In this document: positions 43,049 to 53,835 of the stretch, piece after piece
Numbering within the stretch: position 1 is the stretch's first letter
How the letters are laid out: each line of letters starts with the position of its first letter
Assembly (NCBI GenBank): GCA_027083345.1
Contig: JALWOZ010000010.1
Span: 7,301-71,300, forward strand
Origin: Candidatus Kaiserbacteria bacterium
GTDB lineage: Bacteria; Patescibacteriota; Minisyncoccia; Phycocordibacterales; UBA2100
Length of the DNA: 64,000 nt
Reading direction: 5' to 3'
Made by a program: the position numbers and the translations under genes
Notes under the pieces: model-generated
What the model saw: the letters and a program-made list of their open reading frames with translations, nothing else
Told to the model about the DNA's origin: nothing
Databases searched by the model: none

Positions 43049-43600
43049 TTATTTCTCTACGGATATCTGCCCAGACACCTCTACCACAACCTTCATTGTA
43101 TCATTCCTAGGAGATTTTAATACAATCTCGGCTCTAGAATAAATTTTATTTTCTGCCCCATTACCTCGTATTATTGCATCTGGCTCAGGCCTCTTAAATA
43201 AAATATCTATCCTATTAACAGGTGTGCAAGACCCACTATTCTCTACCAAACACAAACTACTAACCTCGTATCCTCTGCCTATGTTGTATTTAGTAACTTC
43301 TTCTAATGTATTTGTGAGTAATCCGTCTGGAGTTGAGTCTATAAATATAGAGTACTCTTTAGGAGTACTTAAGTTAAAATATATACCATACCCAGCATCA
43401 AAATTACTGGCGCTATTAGTCTTGCGCACACTAACTCCATAAGTCTGAGCTTCTCTAACTGCTAAGGCCAACTCATATGCAAGGTTACGCAACATAACTT
43501 GTCCTCCAAACTTAGAATGATTCGCCAAAGTTACCCCAGTAATTAAAGCCATTATACCTATGGTTACCACGAGCTCAATTAGTGTAAAGCCACGCCTCAT
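43049..43600 (-). CDS. Type IV minor pilin (FimU/GspH-like)
   Basis: GFTLIELVVTI motif. Confidence 0.8.
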   Translation of the reverse strand: MRRGFTLIELVVTIGIMALITGVTLANHSKFGGQVMLRNLAYELALAVREAQTYGVSVRKTNSASNFDAGYGIYFNLSTPKEYSIFIDSTPDGLLTNTLEEVTKYNIGRGYEVSSLCLVENSGSCTPVNRIDILFKRPEPDAIIRGNGAENKIYSRAEIVLKSPRNDTMKVVVEVSGQISVEK

Positions 43601-44400
43601 ATAAATATTATAGCATTTAATATTTCAATAAAACCTACTCCTGTGAAGAACACTACAAGAAAACCCAATATCAAGAAAGGTCCAAAAGCTACCTCGCTCT
43701 TAGCGTTAGCTTTACGCAATAACATTAACACCAGTCCATATATAGCCCCAATAATAAACGCAAACCATAAAGCCGATATACCCATATATATACCTAAAAA
43801 TATACCTATACCCACTGAAAGCTTAACATCACCAAAACCCATGGCCCTCCCTTTAGAGAAGAACCAGAGTGCAAATATAGGCAATGCAGTTGCGACTCCT
43901 CCCAACAAAGACATTAGAAAATCAGCAGGAGTATAACTTGTTATAATAGACGATATTAAAGCAAGACAAGCAAAAGAGTAGGTGTATTTATCTGGCAAAA
44001 TAGTATGCTTAAAATCATATGTAGTCATAATAACCAAAACAGACATGGTCATAAACAATATAATTAAAACAATGCCAGATAACAATAAATCATATGTACC
44101 GAAATGATTATATACAAAAAAGCCAGATAGTGTGAAGAGTATAGCGGTACCAACCTCTACTAATGGATATTGGAGAGATATTTTACTTTTACACTCATTA
44201 CATTTACCTCTTTGTACAATAAAAGAGAGAATGGGTATAAGCTCAAAAAACCTCAAAGACCTCCCACATACCATGCAACCACTCCTACCTGCTAAGCTCT
44301 TACCTGTATTGTGCCGTAAGATAACTACATTTAAAAAACTACCTACAATAGTCCCAAGTATAAATAAAAATATTAAAAATAACCCTATAGATATATCCAT
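43597..44400 (-). CDS. pilD: Prepilin peptidase
   Basis: GSFLNVVI, two CxxC, YPLVE, MGFGDVK, AFGPFL. Confidence 0.95.
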   Translation of the reverse strand: MDISIGLFLIFLFILGTIVGSFLNVVILRHNTGKSLAGRSGCMVCGRSLRFFELIPILSFIVQRGKCNECKSKISLQYPLVEVGTAILFTLSGFFVYNHFGTYDLLLSGIVLIILFMTMSVLVIMTTYDFKHTILPDKYTYSFACLALISSIITSYTPADFLMSLLGGVATALPIFALWFFSKGRAMGFGDVKLSVGIGIFLGIYMGISALWFAFIIGAIYGLVLMLLRKANAKSEVAFGPFLILGFLVVFFTGVGFIEILNAIIFI

Positions 44401-44438
44401 AGGGTTATTTTAACATACAATTGTGTAGATTACTTATC

Positions 44439-47400
44439 TTATCCTTTTGATTCTACCTCTGGGAGATCCGCTATTAACTCACTCTTTTTAGATCCCTTAA
44501 ATCCTGTACCGGCAGGTATCAAACGTCCTAAGATAACATTCTCTTTAAGTCCTACAAGCTTGTCTACAGCCCCTCTTACTGCATCCTCAGTAAGCTTACG
44601 TGTAGTATGCTGAAATGACGCACTAGACAACCAACTATCTCTGGTTAATGCAACCTCTGTAATACCTAATACAACCTTCTCTCCAGTAGCTGGTATCCCT
44701 CCCTTGTTCTCTGTTAACTCGTTCTCCTTATTCAATACACTTACCTCTACAATCTGGCCTGTAGTGAACCTTGTATCTCCAGGATCTACAACCTTACGTC
44801 TACTAAACATCTGCTTAACTATTATCTCCAAGTGCTTACGAGACACTGCTATACCTTGCAAGTCATAAATCTTAAGAATCTCAGTAATAATATACTCACG
44901 AGCCTTCTCCTCTCCCGCATAAGTATAATACTCATCAATACTTGCAGAACCATCTGTCATTAAATCTCCCTTCTTAACAACATTGCCAGGCTTAACCATA
45001 ATCATACGAGCAGGTGGCACCTTGTATAGTGTCTCCCTTTTTAGCATCTTTTTGCCTCCAGTCTCAGGCAAAAGTGTTATCGTTCTCTGACCCTTATCGT
45101 CTTCTAAAATCTCTCCTACTGTTCCATTTATCCTGGCTATAACAGCAGGACTCTTAGGATTACGGCGATCTATAACCTCTTCAACACGAGGTAAACCTTG
45201 TGTAATATCTCCTCCAATACTTGCTCCTGTCGCGTGCTTAGTGTTCATAGTTAGCTGTGTAGATGGCTCTCCAAGACTCTGAGCTGCTATAGTCCCAACG
45301 GCTTCTCCCACCTCTATTTGCTGACTGGTGGTAAGGTCGCTACCATAACACTTTGCACACACACCACGACTGGTATTACACATCATTGGTGAGTATACCT
45401 TTACCTCTTCTATGCCGGCATCCTCTATATCTTGAGCGTCAAACCCTGTTAGCAGGTGTCCCTTTTTAAACTTTTTACCATTAGCCTCAACGGTCTCTGC
45501 TAATACACGACCCTTGATGTTTTTAGCTATAGATACCTCTATACCCAGAGAATTAATTTTAGATACTGTCATAGACTCTTGAGTACCACAATCCTCCTCT
45601 ACTACTATAACATCTTGAGATACATCAAATAAACGCCTTGTAAGATAACCGGCAGACGCAGTCTTAAGCGCAGTATCAGCCAATCCCTTACGAGAGCCGT
45701 GAGTTGTAATAAAGTACTCTATAGGAGTGAGACCCTCTTTATAAGAGGTTGTAATAGGAAACTCGATAATATCTCCCTTAGGGTTTTGGATTAAGCCCTT
45801 CATACCTCCCATATTAGTTAACTGAGCGATAGAGCCACGCGCCCCGGAACGGATCAGGTTATTAACAGAGCTATCTCCGTCGCTATGAGCCGTATCTACA
45901 ACCTTCTCTACCTCATTCTTAATACCTTGCCAAACCTCTATAGTCATTCTACGTCTCTCAGCCTCACTCAAAAGTCCATCATCAAATTGCTCTTTTAATT
46001 GCGCTACCTGCTCTTTACCTTTTTTAATTATCTCTTTTTTACTATCCGGCACAGTAACATCCGTCATACCCCAAGTAACTCCCGAATGAGTAGCATATTT
46101 AAACCCAAAGTGCTTTATACGATCTAAAATATGTGGTATACCGTCTAAACCATAAATCTCTATAAGCTCGTCTACCAACGGCTTCATATCCCTTTTAGTT
46201 ATAACATCATTTATATACCTAAAGTCATTAGGTAAAACAGAGTTAAAGAGCAAACGGCCAACAGATGTCTCAAATAGATCACCATTAAACTCAGCATACT
46301 TCTCATTCCCGCTAGGTAATACCTTAATCTTTGCCCTGAGGTCAACAACCCCAAAGTCATAGGCAGTTATAGCTGCATTAGTACTCTCAAACACTTTACC
46401 CTCGCCTTTGGCTCCATCTATAATATTAGTCATCCAATATACCCCTAATACAATATCCATAGAAGGTCCAGTGGTTACCTCCCCACTACCAGGCTTTAAT
46501 ATGTTTTTATTTGCACTCATTATCTCTTTAGCTTCTGTCTGAGCCTCTAAACTAAGTGGCACATGCACCGCCATTTGGTCTCCGTCAAAGTCAGCATTAA
46601 ATGCACTACACACAAGAGGATGCACCTGCACAGCCTTACCCTCTATCAATACTGGCCTAAAGGCTTGCAAAGATTGTCTATGCAAAGTAGGTGCCCTATT
46701 AAGTAAGACGTGTTTATCTTTAATAACATCTTCTAATATAGCCCAGACCTCAGGGATGCCTTCATCTATCAATTTATTTGCTCCACGAATGTTAAAGGCA
46801 ATCTCTTGCTCTAACAACCCTGCAATCACAAATGGGCGAAATAACTCCAAAGCCATAGCTTTAGGTAATCCACATTGATCTAGCTCCAAATCCGGACCTA
46901 TAACAATAACACTACGCCCTGAATAATCTACTCGCTTACCCAATAAATTCTGCCGGAAGTATCCTTGTTTGCCCTTCATGTGGTCTGCCAAAGACTTTAA
47001 AGGTCTACTTTGACCAGAGCCCATAGCCGGACCGCTACCTCTCCTTATAGAGTTATCCAAGAGTGCGTCAACTGCTTCCTGTAAGATCCTCTTCTCATTT
47101 CTCAAGATTACATCTGGAGCATGTATTGCTATTAACTTCTTCAACCTATTATTACGATTAATTACACGCCTATAGAGATCGTTTAAGTCTGAACTTGCAT
47201 GCCTACCACCCTCTAAAGCAACCATGGGCCTAAGAGCAGGTGGGATAACGGGCAACTTTGTAACAAACATCCACTCCGGCCTTACACTGCCGTGCTTCAT
47301 ATTGGTTATTAGTGTTAATCTTTTACGCAACTTTTCTCTGTCAGTAGCGTTAGCCTTCTCTAGCTTCTCCTCTATTATCTGCTCGAATTTATCTAAGTCC

Positions 47401-48080
47401 AAATTGACAAATATCTCATAAATAGCCTCTGCTCCTATCTTGGCCTCAAATGCAGAACCATACTTAACGGCGTAACGATGATACTCAGACTCTTCTAGAA
47501 CTTTATTAAGTACTATGCTTGCAATCTCTTTTTTAGCTTCATTAGCTTTCTTTTTTAATTCTTTTTTATCGTCCTCGCTCTTAAGAGTACTCATTTTATT
47601 CTTAAACTCTGTATCCAACTCCTTAAGTAGACGCTCCTTCTCCTCTTCGTGTACCTTAGTTATTATATACCCTGCAAAATAGATAACCTTCTCCACATCT
47701 GTAGTTGGCAACCCCAGCAAGAGAGCTATACGAGAAGGTATACCTCTTAAAAACCATATATGACTAACGGGTACAGCAAGGTCTATATGCCCCATACGTT
47801 CACGACGTACTACAGCGCGAGTTATCTCTACCCCACACTTCTCACACACAATACCCTTGAAGCGTATACCCTTATACTTGCCACAATAACACTCAAAATC
47901 CTTCTCTGGGCCAAAAATCTTCTCGTCAAAGAGACCATTTTTCTCTGGTCTTTGAGTACGATAATTTATAGTCTCAGGCTTGGTAACCTCACCACGACTC
48001 CAATCTAATACCCTCTCCGGAGAGGCCAATCTTAATACTACCTCATCAAAATCTTTTCTATTCTTTTTATTTCTTAACAT
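44439..48080 (-). CDS. rpoC: RNA polymerase beta' subunit
   Basis: KPETINYRT, NADFDGD, Zn-finger cysteines. Confidence 0.98.
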   Translation of the reverse strand: MLRNKKNRKDFDEVVLRLASPERVLDWSRGEVTKPETINYRTQRPEKNGLFDEKIFGPEKDFECYCGKYKGIRFKGIVCEKCGVEITRAVVRRERMGHIDLAVPVSHIWFLRGIPSRIALLLGLPTTDVEKVIYFAGYIITKVHEEEKERLLKELDTEFKNKMSTLKSEDDKKELKKKANEAKKEIASIVLNKVLEESEYHRYAVKYGSAFEAKIGAEAIYEIFVNLDLDKFEQIIEEKLEKANATDREKLRKRLTLITNMKHGSVRPEWMFVTKLPVIPPALRPMVALEGGRHASSDLNDLYRRVINRNNRLKKLIAIHAPDVILRNEKRILQEAVDALLDNSIRRGSGPAMGSGQSRPLKSLADHMKGKQGYFRQNLLGKRVDYSGRSVIVIGPDLELDQCGLPKAMALELFRPFVIAGLLEQEIAFNIRGANKLIDEGIPEVWAILEDVIKDKHVLLNRAPTLHRQSLQAFRPVLIEGKAVQVHPLVCSAFNADFDGDQMAVHVPLSLEAQTEAKEIMSANKNILKPGSGEVTTGPSMDIVLGVYWMTNIIDGAKGEGKVFESTNAAITAYDFGVVDLRAKIKVLPSGNEKYAEFNGDLFETSVGRLLFNSVLPNDFRYINDVITKRDMKPLVDELIEIYGLDGIPHILDRIKHFGFKYATHSGVTWGMTDVTVPDSKKEIIKKGKEQVAQLKEQFDDGLLSEAERRRMTIEVWQGIKNEVEKVVDTAHSDGDSSVNNLIRSGARGSIAQLTNMGGMKGLIQNPKGDIIEFPITTSYKEGLTPIEYFITTHGSRKGLADTALKTASAGYLTRRLFDVSQDVIVVEEDCGTQESMTVSKINSLGIEVSIAKNIKGRVLAETVEANGKKFKKGHLLTGFDAQDIEDAGIEEVKVYSPMMCNTSRGVCAKCYGSDLTTSQQIEVGEAVGTIAAQSLGEPSTQLTMNTKHATGASIGGDITQGLPRVEEVIDRRNPKSPAVIARINGTVGEILEDDKGQRTITLLPETGGKKMLKRETLYKVPPARMIMVKPGNVVKKGDLMTDGSASIDEYYTYAGEEKAREYIITEILKIYDLQGIAVSRKHLEIIVKQMFSRRKVVDPGDTRFTTGQIVEVSVLNKENELTENKGGIPATGEKVVLGITEVALTRDSWLSSASFQHTTRKLTEDAVRGAVDKLVGLKENVILGRLIPAGTGFKGSKKSELIADLPEVESKG

Positions 48081-48102
48081 AATATTTTATCTTAGATATT
48101 TC

Positions 48103-51100
48103 TTAAAGGTTATCTACTGATTCTGTAGTTGTAATTTCATCTTTATCAGACTCCTGCTCTATCTCTTTAATGTCTTCATCACTGGGTTCTAGCTCCACCT
48201 CTTGAACAGGTTTAGGGACATCCTCTACTATACTCTCTTGGTACTCAGTAGCGTCTTGACTATCTCTTAAAGACACATCGAGAGCTAATCCTCTTAAATG
48301 TCTCTGTAATACATTAAATGTCGCGGGTATATTACTCTGAATTATTCTCTCTTTCTTTATAATGGCATCAAAGGCTGCGGTGCGGCCCATTATGTCATCA
48401 GACTTAATTGTTAGCACCTCTCTTAATGCGTACGCAGCACCATAACCTAAGAACGCCCAGACTTCCATCTCTCCGATTCTCTGGCCTCCATTTTGAGCCT
48501 TACCTCCAAGAGGTTGTTGTGTTGTAAGAGAATAAGGGCCAATTGATCGCATATGGAGCTTATCCTCAACCATATGGTGGAGCTTTAATATATACATAAC
48601 TCCCATAGCAACATCTTGATCAAACTTCTCTCCCGTACGACCATCATATAGAGCTACCTTACCTGTCTCATTATATCCAGCCTTTTTAAGCTCTTCTTTA
48701 ATCTCATCTTCAGTTGCCCCAGCAAAAGGTGGTACAACAGCTTGATAACCTAAAGTATCTGCTGCAAGACCGAGATGCAACTCTAAAATCTGTCCTAAGT
48801 TCATTCGGCTTGGTACTCCAAGAGGTGTCAAAATAATATCAATAGGCTCTCCATCCTTTGTGTAAGGCATATCCTCCTCCGGTAAGACTTTTGAGATCAC
48901 TCCTTTGTTTCCATGTCGCCCGGCTAATTTATCTCCAACAGAGATGTTGCGCAATTGAGCTACCTCTACTTGTATCTTTTTTATAACACCAGAGCCAATA
49001 TTGTCTCCATTCTCCCTAGAGAATATCTGCACACCCACAACACGACCTCGTTTACCAGCAGACATCCTCTTACTTGTATCTTTTACATCTTTAGCTTTGT
49101 CCCCAAATATAGAGCGCAACAATCTCTCCTCTGCTGTAAGCTGTGTCTCACCTTTAGGAGTAACCTTGCCCACCAATATGTCTCCGGGTCTAACCTCAGC
49201 CCCAATACGAATAATACCCTCCTCATCTAGATTACGGAGCTTCATCTCGCTAACGTTTGGTATATCATGAGTAGTAACCTCAGGACCAAGCTTAGTATCC
49301 CTAACCACGCACTCAAACTGCTCTATATGTACTGAGGTAAACTTGCTCTGCTTTACCAATCTCTCAGAAATTATTATAGCGTCCTCATAGTTAGCTCCAG
49401 CCCAACTCATAAATGCCACTCGCGCATTTTGCCCAACTGATATTTGCCCACCATCAGTAGAAGAGGTATCGGCTAGTAAATCCCCTCTTTTAACTTTATC
49501 ACCGACTTTAACAGTAGCCCTATGGTGAAAGTTAGAGAAATCATTAGTACGACTAAATGTTATTAACTCATACTCGTCCTTCTTGCCTTTAGTATTCTTG
49601 ATTACTATCTTATTAGCATCTACAAAGTCTACCACCCCTGCCTCTTTTGCTATTATCACCCTACCCGAATCTCTGGCTGCTACCTTCTCTATACCGGTTG
49701 CCACAACTGGGGCCTCAGGTATTATACAAGGCGTAGCTTGCTTCTGCATATTTGAACCCATAAGTGCCCTGTTGGCATCATCATGATCTACAAACGGTAT
49801 CATCGTGGTAGCCACAGAGAATGCCTGATTAGTAGCAACCTCTATATAGTCCACCTCTTTAGAGGGTACTAACATAGGGTCTGACTTATACCTAACCTCC
49901 ACCACTGAGTCAACGAGTTTACCTGAGGAGTCTCTTGCAGTAGCTCCATGTGCTATTTTAAACTTCTCTTCGTCTAAAGCATTTAGATACTCTATCTCTT
50001 TTGTTATCTTACCATTCTTAACCTTAGCATATGGCGTCTCAATAATACCAAAGTTATTTATCCTAGCATAAGTAGCCAAACGCAAAATAAGACCGATATT
50101 CCCTCCCTCAGGAGTATGTATCGGACAAAGTCTACCATAATGGCTGGTATGAACATCTCTCACCTCAAAACCGGCTCTTTCTCGTGTGAGACCGCCAGGA
50201 CCCAATGCAGAGAGCGTACGCAAGTTCTCTAGCTCTGCCAGTACATTTTGCTGGTCCATAAATTGAGCTAGAGAGTTAGCTACAAAAAAGTCTTTAATAG
50301 CAGCGGAGAAAGGTCGAGGGTTTAAAAATTGTACGGGTAAGCTTGTCTCCACATCTACCGTAGACATCCTATCTTGTACATTTCTTTTTAGTCTACTCAT
50401 ACCCACACGCACTTGCCTTTGCATCATCTCTCCTACATATCGCACACGGCGCATACCCAAGTGGTCTATGTCGTCTGACTCAGCATCTTTAGTATCATTT
50501 AATTCTACAATCTTTTGTATTATCAAAGATATATCATTTAAATCTAATACTTGCTTTTTAATAGATTTATCATCAGTCTTTAATCCAAATCTGTCGTTAA
50601 ATCTATAACGACCAACCTCAGATAAATCGTACCTCTCTGAGCTAAATAGCCCGTCTATAAACTCTTTGGCATTCTCTGGAGTAGCTAAATCACCATCTCT
50701 TACATGTTTATATATATCAACAAATGCATCTTTAGCTGTTTTAGTTGTGTCTAAAGATAATGTCTTCTCTATAACCTCTTGTACAGACTTATCTGACTTC
50801 TCAAATAATTTTGTTATATCTGCATTAGTCTCAGCTCCAAAAACTCTTAAGAGTGTTGTTACGGGGAACTTGCGTTTACGGTCTATCTTAACATATATAG
50901 CCCCATCGGGTTCACTCTCTATCTCCAACCAAGCTCCCCTACTCGGTATTATTTTAGCTCCAAAATATTCGTTACCCTTTATTACTTGAGTTAAGAAAAA
51001 CACTCCATAAGAGCGAGCCAACTGAGGGATAACTACTCTCTCAACACCATTTATAACAAAAGTACCGTGATTAGTCATTAAAGGGAAGTCGGTTAAGAAT

Positions 51101-51444
51101 ATCTCTTGACTCTTTTGCTCTCCTGTAGTCTTGTTTATCAATTTGGCAGTAACCTTTAGAGGTGCTTCGTAAGACATCTTACGCTTTTTAGCATAATACT
51201 CATCGATTTTAGGTTTACCAAATACAAACTTAGATAACTCGAGAGAGAATTTCTTACCAGAGTAATCATTTATAGGAGAAAACTCTTTAAACACCTCATA
51301 CACACCTTCTTTTAATAACCACTCATATGAGTGCAATTGTTCTTCCACCAAATTCGGTATCTCCGTAAGAGGCTCTTGATAACGCCCAAAAAACTTTTGC
51401 TCTCTCTCACCATAAGAGACTGCGACATCTTTAGATTTTGCCAT
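48103..51444 (-). CDS. rpoB: RNA polymerase beta subunit
   Basis: GDKLAGRHGNKG, GGQRIGEME; probable ATG 51444 (MAKSKD). Confidence 0.98.
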   Translation of the reverse strand: MAKSKDVAVSYGEREQKFFGRYQEPLTEIPNLVEEQLHSYEWLLKEGVYEVFKEFSPINDYSGKKFSLELSKFVFGKPKIDEYYAKKRKMSYEAPLKVTAKLINKTTGEQKSQEIFLTDFPLMTNHGTFVINGVERVVIPQLARSYGVFFLTQVIKGNEYFGAKIIPSRGAWLEIESEPDGAIYVKIDRKRKFPVTTLLRVFGAETNADITKLFEKSDKSVQEVIEKTLSLDTTKTAKDAFVDIYKHVRDGDLATPENAKEFIDGLFSSERYDLSEVGRYRFNDRFGLKTDDKSIKKQVLDLNDISLIIQKIVELNDTKDAESDDIDHLGMRRVRYVGEMMQRQVRVGMSRLKRNVQDRMSTVDVETSLPVQFLNPRPFSAAIKDFFVANSLAQFMDQQNVLAELENLRTLSALGPGGLTRERAGFEVRDVHTSHYGRLCPIHTPEGGNIGLILRLATYARINNFGIIETPYAKVKNGKITKEIEYLNALDEEKFKIAHGATARDSSGKLVDSVVEVRYKSDPMLVPSKEVDYIEVATNQAFSVATTMIPFVDHDDANRALMGSNMQKQATPCIIPEAPVVATGIEKVAARDSGRVIIAKEAGVVDFVDANKIVIKNTKGKKDEYELITFSRTNDFSNFHHRATVKVGDKVKRGDLLADTSSTDGGQISVGQNARVAFMSWAGANYEDAIIISERLVKQSKFTSVHIEQFECVVRDTKLGPEVTTHDIPNVSEMKLRNLDEEGIIRIGAEVRPGDILVGKVTPKGETQLTAEERLLRSIFGDKAKDVKDTSKRMSAGKRGRVVGVQIFSRENGDNIGSGVIKKIQVEVAQLRNISVGDKLAGRHGNKGVISKVLPEEDMPYTKDGEPIDIILTPLGVPSRMNLGQILELHLGLAADTLGYQAVVPPFAGATEDEIKEELKKAGYNETGKVALYDGRTGEKFDQDVAMGVMYILKLHHMVEDKLHMRSIGPYSLTTQQPLGGKAQNGGQRIGEMEVWAFLGYGAAYALREVLTIKSDDIMGRTAAFDAIIKKERIIQSNIPATFNVLQRHLRGLALDVSLRDSQDATEYQESIVEDVPKPVQEVELEPSDEDIKEIEQESDKDEITTTESVDNL

Positions 51445-51597
51445 TATTGTATAGTTATTTACGAATAATTCTAATAAAATTTGCACTTAATTATTGCTCC
51501 CTTAACACAATCATTCGCAAATGCAATCACACAAATATACACCAAGATAACCCATTGTCAAGCGCTATATCAACACTTAATAACTTGATAATTAAGA

Positions 51598-52749
51598 TCA
51601 AAATGCACGAGGAGCAAATGGATTACTAGGAGCCTCATCTGTATTATCTACATTGTTAAAATTAGATATATCATCTAATTGCTTAACAACTTCCATAATA
51701 TCGTCAGTGGCGGAAGAGGGAGGCTCTATATCGTAACTAGGCTGAGCAAATGGATTTGTAATCTCTTCATTTTTGCTCTCTGTATTTGTAGTTGGATTAG
51801 ATGAATTAAATGTATTATTAAATCTCTCTACTGCATCATCTTCTATAGCTATATTTGTGTCATTAGTCTCACTCTCTTGTAGTGGCTCAGCTAGAGGAGC
51901 AACCTGTAATTGCTCTTGAGAGGCTTTATCTTTAGCTAACATGTCTAACAATCTTTTAAGATCCTCTGGGGAGAAGTAGTCGATATGTACTTTACCTCCA
52001 TTTTTAGATCGTTGTTCTATCTGTACTCTTGTACCTAAGGTCTCTGTTAATTCCTTTTCCAAACCTATAAGCTCTGGAGAGAGGTCTTGTTTGCGAGCCT
52101 TGTCTGTAGCAATCCTTCTGGCAATGCGCTCACTCTCACGTACTGTGAGCTTTTTAGTAGTAATCTCTTTGAAGAGGGTATCTCTCTCTGCCGGCCTCTC
52201 TCCTAACATCAATAAGGGCCGAGCATGCCCCTCACTTATATTACCAGCTACCAATGCTGATTGTATGTTCTCCGGTAGGCCAAGTAGGCGCAAAGTGTTA
52301 GAAACATACTCACGACTCTTGCCCACCTTCTTTGCAATCTCAATGTGTTTTAAATTAAACTCATCTACAAGTTGTTTAAATGCCAAAGCTCTATCTATAG
52401 CATTTAGATCTTCTCTTTGAAGGTTTTCTATTATGGCTAACTCTAGCTTCATTTTGCTAGTCTCCTCTTGGGCTCGTATTATCACTGGCACCTGAGGTAT
52501 ACCGGCCATCTTACTAGCTCTGAGTCTACGCTCTCCGGAGATAAGCTCATACTCTACTGTTATACCCCCATCATCACGCTCAGTTTCTTTACGAGTTACT
52601 ACCAATGGTTGTAGTACCCCATATTGCCTTATAGAGCCCGCCAGCTCCGCTATCTTATCATCATTAAACTCTTTACGAGGTTGATATGGATTAGGGCTTA
52701 TCCTATCTACCTCAACCCAAAATATACTATTATTATAAAATTCACTCAT
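51598..52749 (-). CDS. parB: ParB/Spo0J partition protein with a long acidic C-terminal tail
   Basis: PNPYQPR, GERRLRA, IENLQREDL, HTH; probable ATG 52749. Confidence 0.92.
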   Translation of the reverse strand: MSEFYNNSIFWVEVDRISPNPYQPRKEFNDDKIAELAGSIRQYGVLQPLVVTRKETERDDGGITVEYELISGERRLRASKMAGIPQVPVIIRAQEETSKMKLELAIIENLQREDLNAIDRALAFKQLVDEFNLKHIEIAKKVGKSREYVSNTLRLLGLPENIQSALVAGNISEGHARPLLMLGERPAERDTLFKEITTKKLTVRESERIARRIATDKARKQDLSPELIGLEKELTETLGTRVQIEQRSKNGGKVHIDYFSPEDLKRLLDMLAKDKASQEQLQVAPLAEPLQESETNDTNIAIEDDAVERFNNTFNSSNPTTNTESKNEEITNPFAQPSYDIEPPSSATDDIMEVVKQLDDISNFNNVDNTDEAPSNPFAPRAF

Positions 52750-52790
52750 TGCCACTTATTCTACCACAGACTCGAATTGCTAAATATTTA

Positions 52791-53066
52791 TCACTGTGCA
52801 TAACAGGTGCTTATTATAGAGTTGACTTTATACTCATAAGCATCAAGTTTATTATCTGCCCTAGCTAAAGCCAAGCCTCTAAGTAACAGTAACCCCTCCT
52901 CATAAGACGAATATTGTTTTGCCCTATTTATATGACCCAATGTTTTATATGCTCTTGTGAGAGAGCTTTTATACCTTGTTTCATTATTGTCCTTAGATGC
53001 TCTTATGCACCTAGCTACATCTGCTCCGAGATTAGCAAAATAAAACTTTGTACTTTTATTTTCCAT
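52791..53066 (-). CDS. Small helical hypothetical protein (ANLGADVAR motif)
   Basis: 91-aa ORF co-oriented 16 nt downstream of the DUF5674 gene. Confidence 0.65.
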   Translation of the reverse strand: MENKSTKFYFANLGADVARCIRASKDNNETRYKSSLTRAYKTLGHINRAKQYSSYEEGLLLLRGLALARADNKLDAYEYKVNSIISTCYAQ

Positions 53067-53082
53067 TTTTATTATTAAAAAC

Positions 53083-53454
53083 TTATAACTCTAAATACGG
53101 CACAACTTTCTGTATTATATTTTTCATTTTGGCTCTTATATCAGCATCTTCAACTTCCATACTCCTATTGCCTTGTGCTGGTCGTATGTTTATTAACGAT
53201 ATATATTCCAATGCATCCTCTCCCTTTTCATCTTGGTAAATATTAAATCCCCAAATATTAGGTTGTTGTGAGCCATGTGCTATAAGTACATTATTGGCAT
53301 CCATATGCCACTCTCCTCCTAATGCAATAAGACCTGTATCTATATCGACAACTCCTTTCACAAGTATCTTATGCCACTTATCTGCCAAATCATTAAGTGT
53401 ATCTGCACTGACAACATCTCGCACAATTATTATGTCTTTAGTTGTTGCTGTCAT
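53083..53454 (-). CDS. DUF5674 family protein
   Basis: VKGVVD, GGEWHMD, GSQQPNIWGFN, SLINIRPAQGNRSM. Confidence 0.85.
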   Translation of the reverse strand: MTATTKDIIIVRDVVSADTLNDLADKWHKILVKGVVDIDTGLIALGGEWHMDANNVLIAHGSQQPNIWGFNIYQDEKGEDALEYISLINIRPAQGNRSMEVEDADIRAKMKNIIQKVVPYLEL

Positions 53455-53518
53455 GCTTAATATAATAGCACAAAGTTAGAAACTATGTATAATTGTAAAC
53501 GCATTTAAATAATATAAT

Positions 53519-53571
53519 GCCGGAGTGGCGAAACCTGCCTGCCGGCAGGCAGGTCGGTAGACGCGTACGAC
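53519..53571 (+). pseudogene. Duplicated 5' half of tRNA-Leu(CAA) interrupted by a palindrome
   Basis: 31/33 identical to 53836-53868 once the 20-bp insert is removed; similarity ends at the first anticodon-loop base. Confidence 0.9.
53534..53553. repeat. Perfect 20-bp palindrome CCTGCCTGCCGGCAGGCAGG
   Basis: Self-complementary (22 bp with flanking A/T); inserted in the D-loop of the tRNA half. Confidence 0.92.
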
Positions 53572-53595
53572 GTTCACAACTGTTCAAATATATAA

Positions 53596-53835
53596 ATGGA
53601 CTACATAGTATATGCAATCAGTAGTGTACATAGAAATTATGTATATATCGGAATGACTAACAATTTAAACCGGCGATTATCTGAACACAATAAAGGTTAT
53701 AACAAAACTACTAGACCATACGCACCTTTTGTACTATTATACTCTGAACCTGTTCCAAATCGTATAGAAGCTCGTAAACGAGAAAAATATCTAAAAAGCG
53801 GAGTAGGTAGAGAGTTTTTAAAGAAACTTAAATAA
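53596..53835 (+). CDS. Small GIY-YIG nuclease (YhbQ/UPF0213/SLX1-like)
   Basis: IVYAI...YVYIGMT, RRLSEHN, ARKREKYLKSG. Confidence 0.92.
   Translation: MDYIVYAISSVHRNYVYIGMTNNLNRRLSEHNKGYNKTTRPYAPFVLLYSEPVPNRIEARKREKYLKSGVGREFLKKLK

Noticed and set aside
51486-52790. parS site or parA near parB
   Set aside because: No TGTTTCACGTGAAACA-like palindrome or parA gene was seen nearby.
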